DNA of 64,000 nt from an uncultured virus (IMG/VR IMGVR_UViG_3300024261_001453). Lineage: Duplodnaviria > Heunggongvirae > Uroviricota > Caudoviricetes. The stretch lies in the IMG/VR virus record IMGVR_UViG_3300024261_001453, one strand, 5' to 3'. A model generated the notes under the pieces. That model did not search any database and had not been told where the DNA came from. It worked only from the letters and a program-made list of their open reading frames with translations. The position numbers and the translations under genes are program-made. Every line of letters begins with the position of its first letter. Within the stretch, counting starts at the first letter, position 1. Positions 40,047 through 49,404 of the stretch are shown in pieces.

Positions 40047-40328
40047 CTAATTTACTTCCATAGTTACTGATAACCCAGCACTTTCCAATTTATCTTTCAT
40101 TGTTGAAATAGTTTCTAAGTCTCCGTACTTTACATCACAGATTCCTTTGAAGTGTACAAGATGAGCACATTGATTAGCTTGTTCTTGTTCATGGTCACAA
40201 ACCTTCATTAAACAAGTGATTACCCAATCAAATGAATTGTGATCATCGTTATGTAAATCAAGTCTAAATGGTTTAGAAAGTATTTCATCTACCTTAGTCT
40301 CACTTTTTTTCTTTGTAATAGTTGCCAT
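40047..40328 (-). CDS. clpS: ATP-dependent Clp protease adaptor ClpS
   Basis: LHNDDHNSFDWVITCL...QA.QCA.LVHFKG. Confidence 0.9.
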   Translation of the reverse strand: MATITKKKSETKVDEILSKPFRLDLHNDDHNSFDWVITCLMKVCDHEQEQANQCAHLVHFKGICDVKYGDLETISTMKDKLESAGLSVTMEVN

Positions 40329-40353
40329 TTTTATTATTTCCTTTTTGTATATA

Positions 40354-40869
40354 TTAATATGTATTTGTTATCTTATTTACTATATCAACAACTGTTACCT
40401 CACAATCTTGTTCACTAGCCCATTCTCTGAACTTTACAAGGTGTTCGTGTCTATCATCATACATGATGAAATTATCACAGTTTGTTTTTTCAATTAATTT
40501 TTCGAAAAGTTTGGTTTTGAATTTGAATGTATCTCCACCATCATTTAAGTGAATTTCATCAAATGATAAATTGTGTTTATTTAGAATTTTTTCAACATTT
40601 CCTCTCATTCCTGGTGATTTTTCTAATCTACCAGTTGCCATTATTATGTAGTTATCCTCATCTGATACTGCTTCAAGATATCTTTGATATACCCATTCAT
40701 TTTTATCAACTTCGAAAACATCATTATCCAAAGATTCCGATTTACCCCACCATCCAACATATGGCCATGTCATCTCGGTCTTTTTCAACCAAATATCTTT
40801 ACCTTCAGTCGGCATTGGTGAGTGTACTAATGTACCATCAAAATCGAAACAGTATAATGTTTTTGTCAT
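40354..40869 (-). CDS. HAD-superfamily phosphatase (RNA-repair-associated type)
   Basis: FDFDGTL, ATGR, FK..LF, MYDDR..H. Confidence 0.8.
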   Translation of the reverse strand: MTKTLYCFDFDGTLVHSPMPTEGKDIWLKKTEMTWPYVGWWGKSESLDNDVFEVDKNEWVYQRYLEAVSDEDNYIIMATGRLEKSPGMRGNVEKILNKHNLSFDEIHLNDGGDTFKFKTKLFEKLIEKTNCDNFIMYDDRHEHLVKFREWASEQDCEVTVVDIVNKITNTY

Positions 40870-40908
40870 GTTGTTATATATTTATTTTGTCATGTTGTTA
40901 TATATTTA
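40861..40908. repeat. Exact 24-bp tandem duplication spanning the HAD gene start
   Basis: ttttgtcatgttgttatatattta x2. Confidence 0.95.
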
Positions 40909-40911
40909 ATA

Positions 40912-40943
40912 CAAATATAAGTAAAATCCTTGAATTTTTCAAA
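40912..40943 (-). promoter_or_regulatory. Bacteroidota housekeeping-type promoter TTTG-N20-TATATTTG driving HAD-clpS
   Basis: Exact match to the TTTG-N19-21-TAnnTTTG consensus on the minus strand. Confidence 0.8.
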
Positions 40944-40997
40944 TAATACAAGGAGATAATTTGTTAATTTATATATACACCAAAATAAAAAAGTTTT

Positions 40998-41411
40998 ATG
41001 AAGTTAGATATTAAGTCAATTCTCATATTAATACTTCTAGGGTTTACACTTATATTTGGGTATAAGTGGTACTTTAGTACTGATGGTGAGATTGGTGAAA
41101 AATTAGACCAATTACAGGAAAGGTATGATGAGATTGAATTAAAGAAACAAGAATCTAATAAAAGGTTAGAAGATAATTCCTTTATTATAGATTCTTTGAT
41201 GTTAGTTGATAGTCTAAATGGTGAAAAAATTGCATTACTAGAATTTAATATTAGAGAAGCTGAGGATAAAGCTACCGAAAGCGCTGATAACCTTAGTAGG
41301 ATAAAAAGAGAATTAGCGGATACTAGAAAGAAGATAGAAGAATTAAAGAAAAATCCACCAAATAGAACAGGAGACGATTTACTTAATTCTATAAAAAATA
41401 AAACGAAATAA
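40998..41411 (+). CDS. N-terminal TM + coiled-coil protein (i-spanin-like)
   Basis: Hydrophobic N-terminus followed by a heptad-rich region. Confidence 0.55.
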   Translation: MKLDIKSILILILLGFTLIFGYKWYFSTDGEIGEKLDQLQERYDEIELKKQESNKRLEDNSFIIDSLMLVDSLNGEKIALLEFNIREAEDKATESADNLSRIKRELADTRKKIEELKKNPPNRTGDDLLNSIKNKTK

Positions 41412-41911
41412 TGAAAAGTTTATTAACATTGTTGGTTGGGTTATTAATTTCTATTAATGTACTTTCACAAGAAATAGAATATCCTAGATATGAATTAGAT
41501 TCTTTGGGTCAAAGTGTTGTTGTTATGACAATAGAACAAGCTCAAAAGCTTGATAATAATTCTGATTTATTACAACTATTTGAGCAGTTAAATGTCCAGA
41601 TTGGTAGTTATGATTCGGTTTGTGTTAAGGCGGTTAATGATAAGAATATTTTGATATCAGAACAAAAAGTTTTAATAGAACAATTAAACACTAGTATTGA
41701 TACTAAGGACACCACAATCGAAACTTTACAAAAACAAGTAACTGAGTATCAGTTAAGGGAGGTTATGTTTAATGATCAATTGATAAATCTAAAGGATCAG
41801 ATAGATTTGAAAGATAAACAGATACGTGAGATGAAAACTAAGATGATAATAGGAGGAGGTCTCGGAGGTCTCGCTATTGTTGGTTTAATAATATCTATAT
41901 TATTACCATAA
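41411..41911 (+). CDS. Signal peptide + coiled coil + C-terminal TM protein (spanin partner-like)
   Basis: VLS/Q signal peptide, C-terminal GGGLGGLAIVGLII; 1-nt overlap with the upstream gene. Confidence 0.55.
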   Translation: MKSLLTLLVGLLISINVLSQEIEYPRYELDSLGQSVVVMTIEQAQKLDNNSDLLQLFEQLNVQIGSYDSVCVKAVNDKNILISEQKVLIEQLNTSIDTKDTTIETLQKQVTEYQLREVMFNDQLINLKDQIDLKDKQIREMKTKMIIGGGLGGLAIVGLIISILLP

Positions 41912-41973
41912 TTAAGTTGTAAAAAACGGCTTTTAATACTTAATATATAACTTATAAAAAAATTCTATTAAAT

Positions 41974-42567
41974 ATGAAGCATATTAGAACGTATGAAAAA
42001 TATCGTATTGTAAAGAACAGATCTGAAATTATCAAAGAAGCTGTTCTACAAGTTAATGATATTTATAAAGTAAAGACAATGATTGATATTCCTCAATCTT
42101 TGATTAACTCTTATGTTAAGAAAGTTAAAGAAACTACTGGTAAGAACCTAAGACAATTTTTTGGTGATGTTGACATCGCTGAGGAAATTGTTAAATATAT
42201 TAATATGAACAATCTTGATATAGAGAAGATTCCAGGTGGAGCTTTGATGGGTGGTCAAGAAGAAACACAAGTTCAGCAAGCTCAACCAGAAGCACAACCA
42301 CAAGCTCAAATGCAACCTCAGGTTCAACCAGAAGCACAACAAACACAACCACAAGGTGAGTTTGAAGAGCCACAAGCAGATGCTCAAGTACAGGCTCAAG
42401 ATGGTCAAGTACAAGTTCAAGCAGATGGTCAAACACAAGTACAAGATGGTCAAGTACAGGCTCAAGATGGTCAAGTACAGGCTCAAGATGGTCAAACACA
42501 AGGTCAAGTACAAGGTCAAGCACAAGACGAAGATGAAGAAGAGGACGAAGAAGAACTTCCACTTTAA
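41974..42567 (+). CDS. Protein with CTS-like N-terminus and Q-rich low-complexity/acidic tail
   Basis: MKHIRTYEKY; QAQDGQV repeats. Confidence 0.75.
   Translation: MKHIRTYEKYRIVKNRSEIIKEAVLQVNDIYKVKTMIDIPQSLINSYVKKVKETTGKNLRQFFGDVDIAEEIVKYINMNNLDIEKIPGGALMGGQEETQVQQAQPEAQPQAQMQPQVQPEAQQTQPQGEFEEPQADAQVQAQDGQVQVQADGQTQVQDGQVQAQDGQVQAQDGQTQGQVQGQAQDEDEEEDEEELPL
42375..42525 (+). repeat. Degenerate 21-bp repeats encoding (A)QDGQVQ
   Basis: caagatggtcaagtacaggct-type units. Confidence 0.85.
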
Positions 42568-42590
42568 TTTATAGAAAATATTAAAAAATG

Positions 42591-42622
42591 AAACCCATCA
42601 AATAAACTTTGATGGGTTTTTT
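42591..42622 (+). terminator. Intrinsic terminator
   Basis: AAACCCATCAAA-taaac-TTTGATGGGTTTTTT. Confidence 0.82.
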
Positions 42623-42640
42623 ATTTAATATATACTTACA

Positions 42641-43255
42641 ATGAGATACCTAAAGGCATATGAGAATTATAATACTGATACAACACTTATAATTGTTGAT
42701 GTTCAAAAATCATTTAAGAAATTCTTTTCTGAGATGTACATAAATAAATTAAAAAAGTATTGTAATGAATTTGTCAATGTTTATCAAATCTGGGATAACC
42801 ATACAGATGGTAAAATTGTTGATAAAGACTACTTATATGATAAAAATCCTGAAATTCCAATACATGATGATTTATACCATTTTCCTAACCAAAGTGAGTT
42901 AATCGAAAAGAGATATAATTATGATGTAGATGCTGATTTTTATAAAAAAATTCTAGATAAGGAAGTTTATAAAGAGATTAGTGATAAAGAGGATAATAAA
43001 CAATTAAAAAAAGGTGACTTTTTCCGAACAAAAGAGGGAACTATTATAGTTTATATTGGTAATAATCATAAATGGTTCCAAGTTCCTATTAAATTATATA
43101 AACATCTTGTTGAATTAAGGGGTAAGAGTGTTATTATTGTTGGTGGTTCTGATTCTGAATGTTTGGAGGATATTATTACATCTGCTGAAAGTCTTGGTGT
43201 TAATATTAAAAGAGATTATAAGTATATCTACTCAGCAAATCATTGTCCTATCTAA
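42641..43255 (+). CDS. Isochorismatase/nicotinamidase-fold (cysteine hydrolase) protein
   Basis: TLIIVDVQ, IEK.Y, IIVGGSDSECL match the Asp-Lys-Cys triad layout. Confidence 0.65.
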   Translation: MRYLKAYENYNTDTTLIIVDVQKSFKKFFSEMYINKLKKYCNEFVNVYQIWDNHTDGKIVDKDYLYDKNPEIPIHDDLYHFPNQSELIEKRYNYDVDADFYKKILDKEVYKEISDKEDNKQLKKGDFFRTKEGTIIVYIGNNHKWFQVPIKLYKHLVELRGKSVIIVGGSDSECLEDIITSAESLGVNIKRDYKYIYSANHCPI

Positions 43256-43629
43256 ATTACTGAAGCATAAACCTCATAGTCTTTGAGATTGAATGTTATA
43301 ACCATATACTCTTGGTGTCTATCTGGATCTTCGAAAAACTCAACTGTTAGCCCATAGTCTATACCATCTATTTCCTCTATATAATCTGATATTTGTGCTC
43401 TAATATCTCCTTCGATAGCTTCTGCTGATAATCTTGTTTCATATAATAGAGCTGGTAAATCTGCTCCGAAGTTTGGATCACCTAATAAATCACCTTTATT
43501 AGTGAAAATGACCATTTCGTATTTTTGTACGATCACCCTAATCACATCATCCTCAATCATTTCTTTATCGGTGAATCTTGGGTGACCAGGGTAACCTATG
43601 TAGAAGTCTATAAAATTAATATCTGCCAT
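43252..43629 (-). CDS. Baseplate wedge protein (gp25-like)
   Basis: IFTNKGDLLGDPNFGADL..LLYE. Confidence 0.8.
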   Translation of the reverse strand: MADINFIDFYIGYPGHPRFTDKEMIEDDVIRVIVQKYEMVIFTNKGDLLGDPNFGADLPALLYETRLSAEAIEGDIRAQISDYIEEIDGIDYGLTVEFFEDPDRHQEYMVITFNLKDYEVYASVI

Positions 43630-43661
43630 GTGTTTATATATTAATTTTTATATATACTCAT

Positions 43662-44231
43662 ATGAAATATCTGAAATTTTTTGAATCTTATAGAGGAACT
43701 GTATCTGTTAATAGAGATATTTTTATAAAGGTTTTATCTGATTATAGTAGTATATATGATGATGGTTTGGTTACACAATTAGAGGAATTGGGATTTGAGA
43801 GTAGTGATGTAATTGCTGATATGATAGAAGATTCATTGAATAATGGTGATCGTATAAGTTTAGAGGCTATAACACTTTTAGTTGATGAGATATCAAGAGG
43901 TAATTCTGAGAGGAGCGCAAGTAAGTTACAGGATATTTATAATGAATGTGAATATCATTTAAATAATAGTACTGTTGATGTTATTGATAACTTGAAAGAT
44001 ATATTCTCTGAATATGTTGATGATAATAAAGCAATGATATATAAAACTGGTGATAAATCTGACAACCGATGTGTCGTTTTACTAAAACAGGTTGATGTTT
44101 TGTTAAATATCGATTTCGATGAAGTATTAAATAGGGTTAAAGAATTTGTAAACTTAAAACATATGGAATATGTTGGTAGTAAAGACCGAATTAAATTTGA
44201 GTTTTATGAAAGATATCCTGATGAAGATTAG
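43662..44231 (+). CDS. Hypothetical protein with CTS-like N-terminus (MKYLKFFESY)
   Basis: 189-aa ORF after ATATATA. Confidence 0.75.
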   Translation: MKYLKFFESYRGTVSVNRDIFIKVLSDYSSIYDDGLVTQLEELGFESSDVIADMIEDSLNNGDRISLEAITLLVDEISRGNSERSASKLQDIYNECEYHLNNSTVDVIDNLKDIFSEYVDDNKAMIYKTGDKSDNRCVVLLKQVDVLLNIDFDEVLNRVKEFVNLKHMEYVGSKDRIKFEFYERYPDED

Positions 44232-45187
44232 TTCAATATATCTCTTAACTTACCAATTATAGTCATCCCTAAAACAATAGGATCTGTGTTAGTCTCTAAT
44301 TTTGACGAATAATCTGATATTATATAATTACACTCGAATAACTTATCAACATTTTTACCTTGTTCCATAGACCATTTTATAAATGGTGTTCCTAATACTT
44401 TAATCATACCATCTATTTTCTCAGGACCGAACATATTCATTAAGAAATGATAGATTTTTTCGTAATCCATTGATGTGTCATATATAGTCTTGTATAAATC
44501 TAACCTAACCTTATTAGAAACATTAGATGATGATGTCGATTCTCCAGTTTTTATGTGTGTTTCAAGATCAACCATTATTTCTCTGAAATCTGGGAACTTC
44601 TTATTGATAATAGTAACTAAACTTTCCTTTGATATTTCTTCTTCTTCTGTTGGTAATACAGTATTATTAATTCTCTTGTATATTGCTTGTTTTAGAAACT
44701 TTTCTTCTTCTAAATTCTCACAATCGAAGTTTAATCTAGGTATTCTGGATTTAATACCACCATCTATCTTATTTAAGTGATTGGTTGTTATTATAAACCT
44801 AACATTTTTACTATACTTTTCTATAAATGCTTTAAACCCATCTTGAAACTGAGCGGATGTTCTTTCAAACTCATCAAAAAATATATATTTATAATCTGAT
44901 TCTGTTTCCATCATAGGTGAAAACTTACAAAAATCATCAATTTCATTTCTAAGTAAATCAATTGATGTCTCGATAGAACTATTTATTTCTAGGAATGGTT
45001 TATCCTTGGTGTATTTACCAATGAGTATTCTAGCTAAGCTGGTTTTGCCAGTTCCATAATTTCCATGAAAAATATAATTTCCATCAATTCCGTTTTCAAA
45101 ATGCTTTCTGATTCTAGGTAATAGAATCACATCATCCATAGTCTTTGGACGCCATCTTTCCCATAATAATAATTTTTTTACGCTCAT
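44228..45187 (-). CDS. Clamp loader ATPase subunit (gp44/RFC-like)
   Basis: WERWRPKT.DD.IL, GNYGTGKTS, FDEFE, FIITTN, FPDFR. Confidence 0.92.
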   Translation of the reverse strand: MSVKKLLLWERWRPKTMDDVILLPRIRKHFENGIDGNYIFHGNYGTGKTSLARILIGKYTKDKPFLEINSSIETSIDLLRNEIDDFCKFSPMMETESDYKYIFFDEFERTSAQFQDGFKAFIEKYSKNVRFIITTNHLNKIDGGIKSRIPRLNFDCENLEEEKFLKQAIYKRINNTVLPTEEEEISKESLVTIINKKFPDFREIMVDLETHIKTGESTSSSNVSNKVRLDLYKTIYDTSMDYEKIYHFLMNMFGPEKIDGMIKVLGTPFIKWSMEQGKNVDKLFECNYIISDYSSKLETNTDPIVLGMTIIGKLRDILN

Positions 45188-45249
45188 AACATGTATATTG
45201 ATATTTTGTGATAAGTTTTGGAGAAGATTTAGTTTTTATATATACATCT

Positions 45250-46293
45250 ATGATAGGTGAAAGATTTAATATGGAGGATGTTTTCTTCCGAGATTTAACA
45301 GTTTGTGTTCTTGATACCTTAGAAGGTCAAGTTAATTGGGTTAATAGATTTTCTTCTGGGGATGTTTATGTAAAAGTACCTTTTTATTACTCATTGACGG
45401 GTGATGAGAGGTTTTTATTGGATACATTTCAGGATGATGTGGTTTCTGAAAATAGATTTGTTGAATTAAACACCGATATTATACCAAGGGGTCACATAAC
45501 AATGACTGGATTTAATATTAATTCTGATGAATTCTCCAATCCTAATGTTTGGTTGAGAATGGTTGTCGAGAATGAGGTTGAGATAAGAAAGATTTTAGCT
45601 AAAGTTAGAGCAGTTCCTATTACTGTTAGTTATGATTTGGAAATATTACTTTCTAGTGAAGTAGATACGTTCAAGTGTAGTCAGGCAATAATGGATACTT
45701 TATGGTTATATAAATTTATGTATTTTGAGCATAACTTTATGAATATAGATGCTGTTATATTAATGCCAGATGGTAATTCAATAGAAATGGCACGTGAAAA
45801 AAATATGTCTTCTGATAATAATATTAAGATGAAGGTCTCATTTGAGGTACAAACATATTATCCAGCTTTTAGAAAAGATAGATATAATGGTGTGGGTTAT
45901 CCTAGGAATTATGGTGATGGTATGACTGATTTAAATGGTCATACAATAGTAGATGGGTTTTCGGAGGGATTTGGTACTGATAACCCATCGAATTCTCCTG
46001 GACCGTTCGCGCCCGGAGGTGGTACTAATAACGTACCGAATTCTCCTTATGATTATATTGGTGGTCTAGATCCTAATATTAATACTGGTACTACACCATA
46101 TGGTGCTACTGGTAATTATACATACATTCAAAATCCTAATGGTTCCGGTGATCCTGATTATTATATCACACCTAAAAGAACTAGATGGTTTAATAATATA
46201 CTAAGAGCTAGACAAAAATCTAGTATACCAATAAATAACCCAAATTCACAAGATCCTAATAATGGATCATCAGGAAATCCTTACACTCCGTAA
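45250..46293 (+). CDS. Tail terminator/sheath stabiliser (gp15-like) with P/G/N-rich tail
   Basis: VKVPFYY, IPRG, VPITVSYDL, FEVQTY; ATG at 45250 after ATATATAC. Confidence 0.6.
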   Translation: MIGERFNMEDVFFRDLTVCVLDTLEGQVNWVNRFSSGDVYVKVPFYYSLTGDERFLLDTFQDDVVSENRFVELNTDIIPRGHITMTGFNINSDEFSNPNVWLRMVVENEVEIRKILAKVRAVPITVSYDLEILLSSEVDTFKCSQAIMDTLWLYKFMYFEHNFMNIDAVILMPDGNSIEMAREKNMSSDNNIKMKVSFEVQTYYPAFRKDRYNGVGYPRNYGDGMTDLNGHTIVDGFSEGFGTDNPSNSPGPFAPGGGTNNVPNSPYDYIGGLDPNINTGTTPYGATGNYTYIQNPNGSGDPDYYITPKRTRWFNNILRARQKSSIPINNPNSQDPNNGSSGNPYTP

Positions 46294-46394
46294 ATATTTT
46301 ACGATCTGTTAAAGGAATATATAAAAATGGTAAAAAATGACTTTTTACTATTAATATATAATAATAAGTAGAAAAAAAAATAATATTTTAAAGT

Positions 46395-47678
46395 ATGAAG
46401 AATCTTAAACTCGAGTTGTTTAACTTCAAGAAAAATCTTTCACTTGATCAAGAAGACGTTGCACTTATTGTAGAGGGGCATATGAATGCTTGTAATGAGC
46501 ATGCCGAGAAAGCAATAATTAATTCTCTTAATGAGAAATTAAGATCTTTCACGTATGATAGCGCTGTGAAGGGTCTATTGGAGAGTTTAAACGATGATAT
46601 GTCAAATCACGAACTAATATATGAATTAAAAAGTTTATATAATGTTCTTAATACCCAAAACCAAGGAGAGCTTTATAGACAACCAATTAATGTTCTTTTA
46701 CAAACAATCAATTTAGAATCTGATGAAGATAGAATGTCTAAGGTTTTGAATGAATTAGCTATTTATGACTGGGTTCCAGAAATTAAAGTATTTGTTCATA
46801 ACTTAACAAAGTCTCCGGAGAAAAGAAATAACCTATTGAGTGGTGGTTCTGGTGAGTCAGTATTCACTATTGTTGAATCTGTTGAAGATGGTCACATCGC
46901 TTTAATTAAAGATTCTTGGTTCTTACTTACAGAAAATGTTATTGAAAAAACACTTTTAGAAAACCATGTTAAAAATGAAGAAGACTTAAAAAGTCTTAGA
47001 ATGATTGAATCAGCTATGAAATATGCTACTATCAGTGAAGATAGAGTTAATTTCAGAATATCTGAATATCTAACAATTGGTCTTTCTGTTAGTAAAAAAG
47101 GTGGTATCTTTATTAATGAAGATGAATTAAATGAAGAAACTACATTAGAAAGTCTTTTCTCATCTCCAATTGTTCCTATTGTTAACAAAAACTTTTACCC
47201 TATTTTACTTGAGGTATCTCATAATATGGATAAATTTGTTGAATTGGATGTTGTTAAAAAGATTAATAACTTAATCAACCCTTATTTAGAGTGTTTTGCA
47301 TTCAATTATAAAAACACTACTTTCTTATATAGATGTGATGAGAGATATGGTAATTCATTCTTTAAGTATGAATCAGCTATCGAACTTGTTAATGAAGTAA
47401 GAAATGAACTTAATTATGATTTGACATATTTTTATGAAAATAAATTAGATGGTGAGTTAATCATTAAGAGAAAGCTTGAAGATAAAGAAAGAGAAATCAC
47501 TCTTAAATTAGAGGATGTCAATTTCAATATTGAAAAGGTTAAAGGTTCTATACAAATGATTGGTGAATCGGAAGTTTTATCAACAGCTCTTAATAACCTA
47601 GAGAAAAGAAAAGTAAATCTTGATGGTGAATTATTGGGTATTAAAGAAGTACAATTCAAAGAAGTAACTAAACTTTAA
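46395..47678 (+). CDS. Late hypothetical protein, possibly a head core component
   Basis: 427 aa, many L-x-E motifs, late-type upstream signal. Confidence 0.7.
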   Translation: MKNLKLELFNFKKNLSLDQEDVALIVEGHMNACNEHAEKAIINSLNEKLRSFTYDSAVKGLLESLNDDMSNHELIYELKSLYNVLNTQNQGELYRQPINVLLQTINLESDEDRMSKVLNELAIYDWVPEIKVFVHNLTKSPEKRNNLLSGGSGESVFTIVESVEDGHIALIKDSWFLLTENVIEKTLLENHVKNEEDLKSLRMIESAMKYATISEDRVNFRISEYLTIGLSVSKKGGIFINEDELNEETTLESLFSSPIVPIVNKNFYPILLEVSHNMDKFVELDVVKKINNLINPYLECFAFNYKNTTFLYRCDERYGNSFFKYESAIELVNEVRNELNYDLTYFYENKLDGELIIKRKLEDKEREITLKLEDVNFNIEKVKGSIQMIGESEVLSTALNNLEKRKVNLDGELLGIKEVQFKEVTKL

Positions 47679-47696
47679 TTATAAAAAATAAATATT

Positions 47697-47728
47697 AAAA
47701 AATCCTCAAAGAAATTTGAGGATTTTTT
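47697..47728 (+). terminator. Intrinsic terminator
   Basis: AAAAAATCCTCAAA-gaaa-TTTGAGGATTTTTT. Confidence 0.85.
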
Positions 47729-47816
47729 GTTTATATAAACTTTTCATGATTTAGTCCTATAACATGAAAGCATGAAAGAACAAATAGAGTTCTATAAAAA
47801 AATAAATGCTAATTAA

Positions 47817-48182
47817 ATGTACTTAAATAATAAAGATTTATATGTAGAGATTATCGTATCAAAAGCCCAAGGAAGATTAACCAGATCGGCTGAAAAAATG
47901 TTAGAACTTCTAGCTAAAAAAACAATCAAAAAAATGAGATACTACTCAAATGACGACAAAATGGATTGTTATCAAAGTGGGTTGTTGGATATGTTCCAAA
48001 ACTGGTTCAACTTCAATGAGGAAAAATCGGTTAATGCCTTCGCATACTTTACAGAAGTCTTCAAGAGAGGTATTGCCAAGGGTTATAATGAACTTTATAA
48101 GAAAAAAGGTGATAACGAACACAAAATAAAATTAATCTCAATAGAGGGTTCTAATGATGGTCAAGGTATTCACTCTTTGTAA
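47817..48182 (+). CDS. gp55-like late-transcription sigma factor (short, 121 aa)
   Basis: YLNNKDL..., FNEEKSVNAFAYFT, comparable to gp55-family YVNNKE...NPFAYFT. Confidence 0.75.
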   Translation: MYLNNKDLYVEIIVSKAQGRLTRSAEKMLELLAKKTIKKMRYYSNDDKMDCYQSGLLDMFQNWFNFNEEKSVNAFAYFTEVFKRGIAKGYNELYKKKGDNEHKIKLISIEGSNDGQGIHSL

Positions 48183-48203
48183 TAAGTCATCAAAGGTATT
48201 CAC

Positions 48204-48287
48204 ATGTTTGGTCGGATCTCCGAATTTGAGAGAAACCAAATAAGAAAACAGAAAATAAATAAGATACTAAAAAACCCACTCAAATAA
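48204..48287 (+). CDS. 27-aa micro-ORF MFGRISEFERNQIRKQKINKILKNPLK
   Basis: Lies between the sigma gene and its terminator; carries the R-x-x-K-I-x-x-I motif seen in other ORFs. Confidence 0.35.
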   Translation: MFGRISEFERNQIRKQKINKILKNPLK

Positions 48288-48303
48288 ATGAGTGGGTTTT
48301 TTT
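48269..48303. terminator. Bidirectional intrinsic terminator
   Basis: A6-CCCACTCA-loop-TGAGTGGG-T7 between convergent genes. Confidence 0.88.
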
Positions 48304-48321
48304 ATTTAATATAAATTATAT

Positions 48322-49404
48322 TTATACTGAAACTGGTACTTCACTAAATATCGTCTCTAACATTCTTTCAGTAACTTGGTATGGGTCACAATTAGAAGCT
48401 GGTCTTCTATCTTCAAAATACCCTTTCTTATCAACAATTGATTGTGCTGGTATTCTAATACTTGTGTCTCTCGTACTGTAACCGTGTGTAAATTCGTGTA
48501 TAGTTGAAGTTTCATGTTCTCCTGTCATTCTCTTATCATTCTCTAATCCATATACTGCCATGTGCTCTTTGTGAGTTTCTTTTAATTTCATAACAGCTTC
48601 ATCTATTAAAGATAATCCACCTTCTTCTCTCATTTCCTTTGTTGAGAAGTTAACGTGACACCCTGATCCATTCCAATCACCAGTCATTGGCTTTGGGTGT
48701 AATGATACAATAACATTGTATTTTTCAGCTACCCTTTCTAATAAGTATCTAGATACCCACATTTGGTCACATCCATTTAGTGGTTTCACTGGTCCAATTT
48801 GATATTCCCATTGGCCTAACATAACTTCCGCATTTACTCCTGAGATGTCTAAATCAATTTCTATACACATATTCATATGATCTTCAACTATACCTCTACC
48901 AACAACACTATCAGATCCTATACCACAATAATAATCTCCTTGTTGTCTTGGTTCACCTTTTTCGAATCCTAATGGTAGTGCTCCATTCGTTCCAAATGGA
49001 TTTCTATCTTTCTTCGTTAAAGTGTATTCTTGTTCCCATCCAAACCAAGGTAATTCATCCTTTTCGATTGTTTCGTCTATACCTAGTTCTTCGATTTTTT
49101 CTTGTAGTTTGTTTCTGTGATTACTTTCGTGTTGTGTACCATCTGGGTTTAATACCTCACAAAAAACTAATTTGTTTTGGTCACCTCTAAATGGGTCCTT
49201 AGTTATGAAAACTGGATTTAGTAAACAATCTGTATTCTTCCCCTTTCCCGCTTCTGCTTGTTTTGTTGAACTTCCATCAAATGACCACATTGAGTAGTCT
49301 TCCACTTTTAAGGAATCCTTTGTTTTAATTACTTTTGTTTTACTTCTTAGTTGTTGTGGATTTGACCCATCCAACCATATATACTCTAATTTAATATTTT
49401 GCAT
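48322..49404 (-). CDS. glnII: Glutamine synthetase type II
   Basis: LEYIWLDG, LRSKTK, WSFDGSST.QA, EQEY, NAEVMLGQWEYQIG, GDWNGSGCH.NFST, GYFEDRRPASNCDPY. Confidence 0.95.
   Translation of the reverse strand: MQNIKLEYIWLDGSNPQQLRSKTKVIKTKDSLKVEDYSMWSFDGSSTKQAEAGKGKNTDCLLNPVFITKDPFRGDQNKLVFCEVLNPDGTQHESNHRNKLQEKIEELGIDETIEKDELPWFGWEQEYTLTKKDRNPFGTNGALPLGFEKGEPRQQGDYYCGIGSDSVVGRGIVEDHMNMCIEIDLDISGVNAEVMLGQWEYQIGPVKPLNGCDQMWVSRYLLERVAEKYNVIVSLHPKPMTGDWNGSGCHVNFSTKEMREEGGLSLIDEAVMKLKETHKEHMAVYGLENDKRMTGEHETSTIHEFTHGYSTRDTSIRIPAQSIVDKKGYFEDRRPASNCDPYQVTERMLETIFSEVPVSV

Noticed and set aside
42148..42574. Alternative-frame ORFs 42148-42525, 42200-42562 and 42251-42574
   Set aside because: Shadows of the Q-rich repeat in the real gene 41974-42567.
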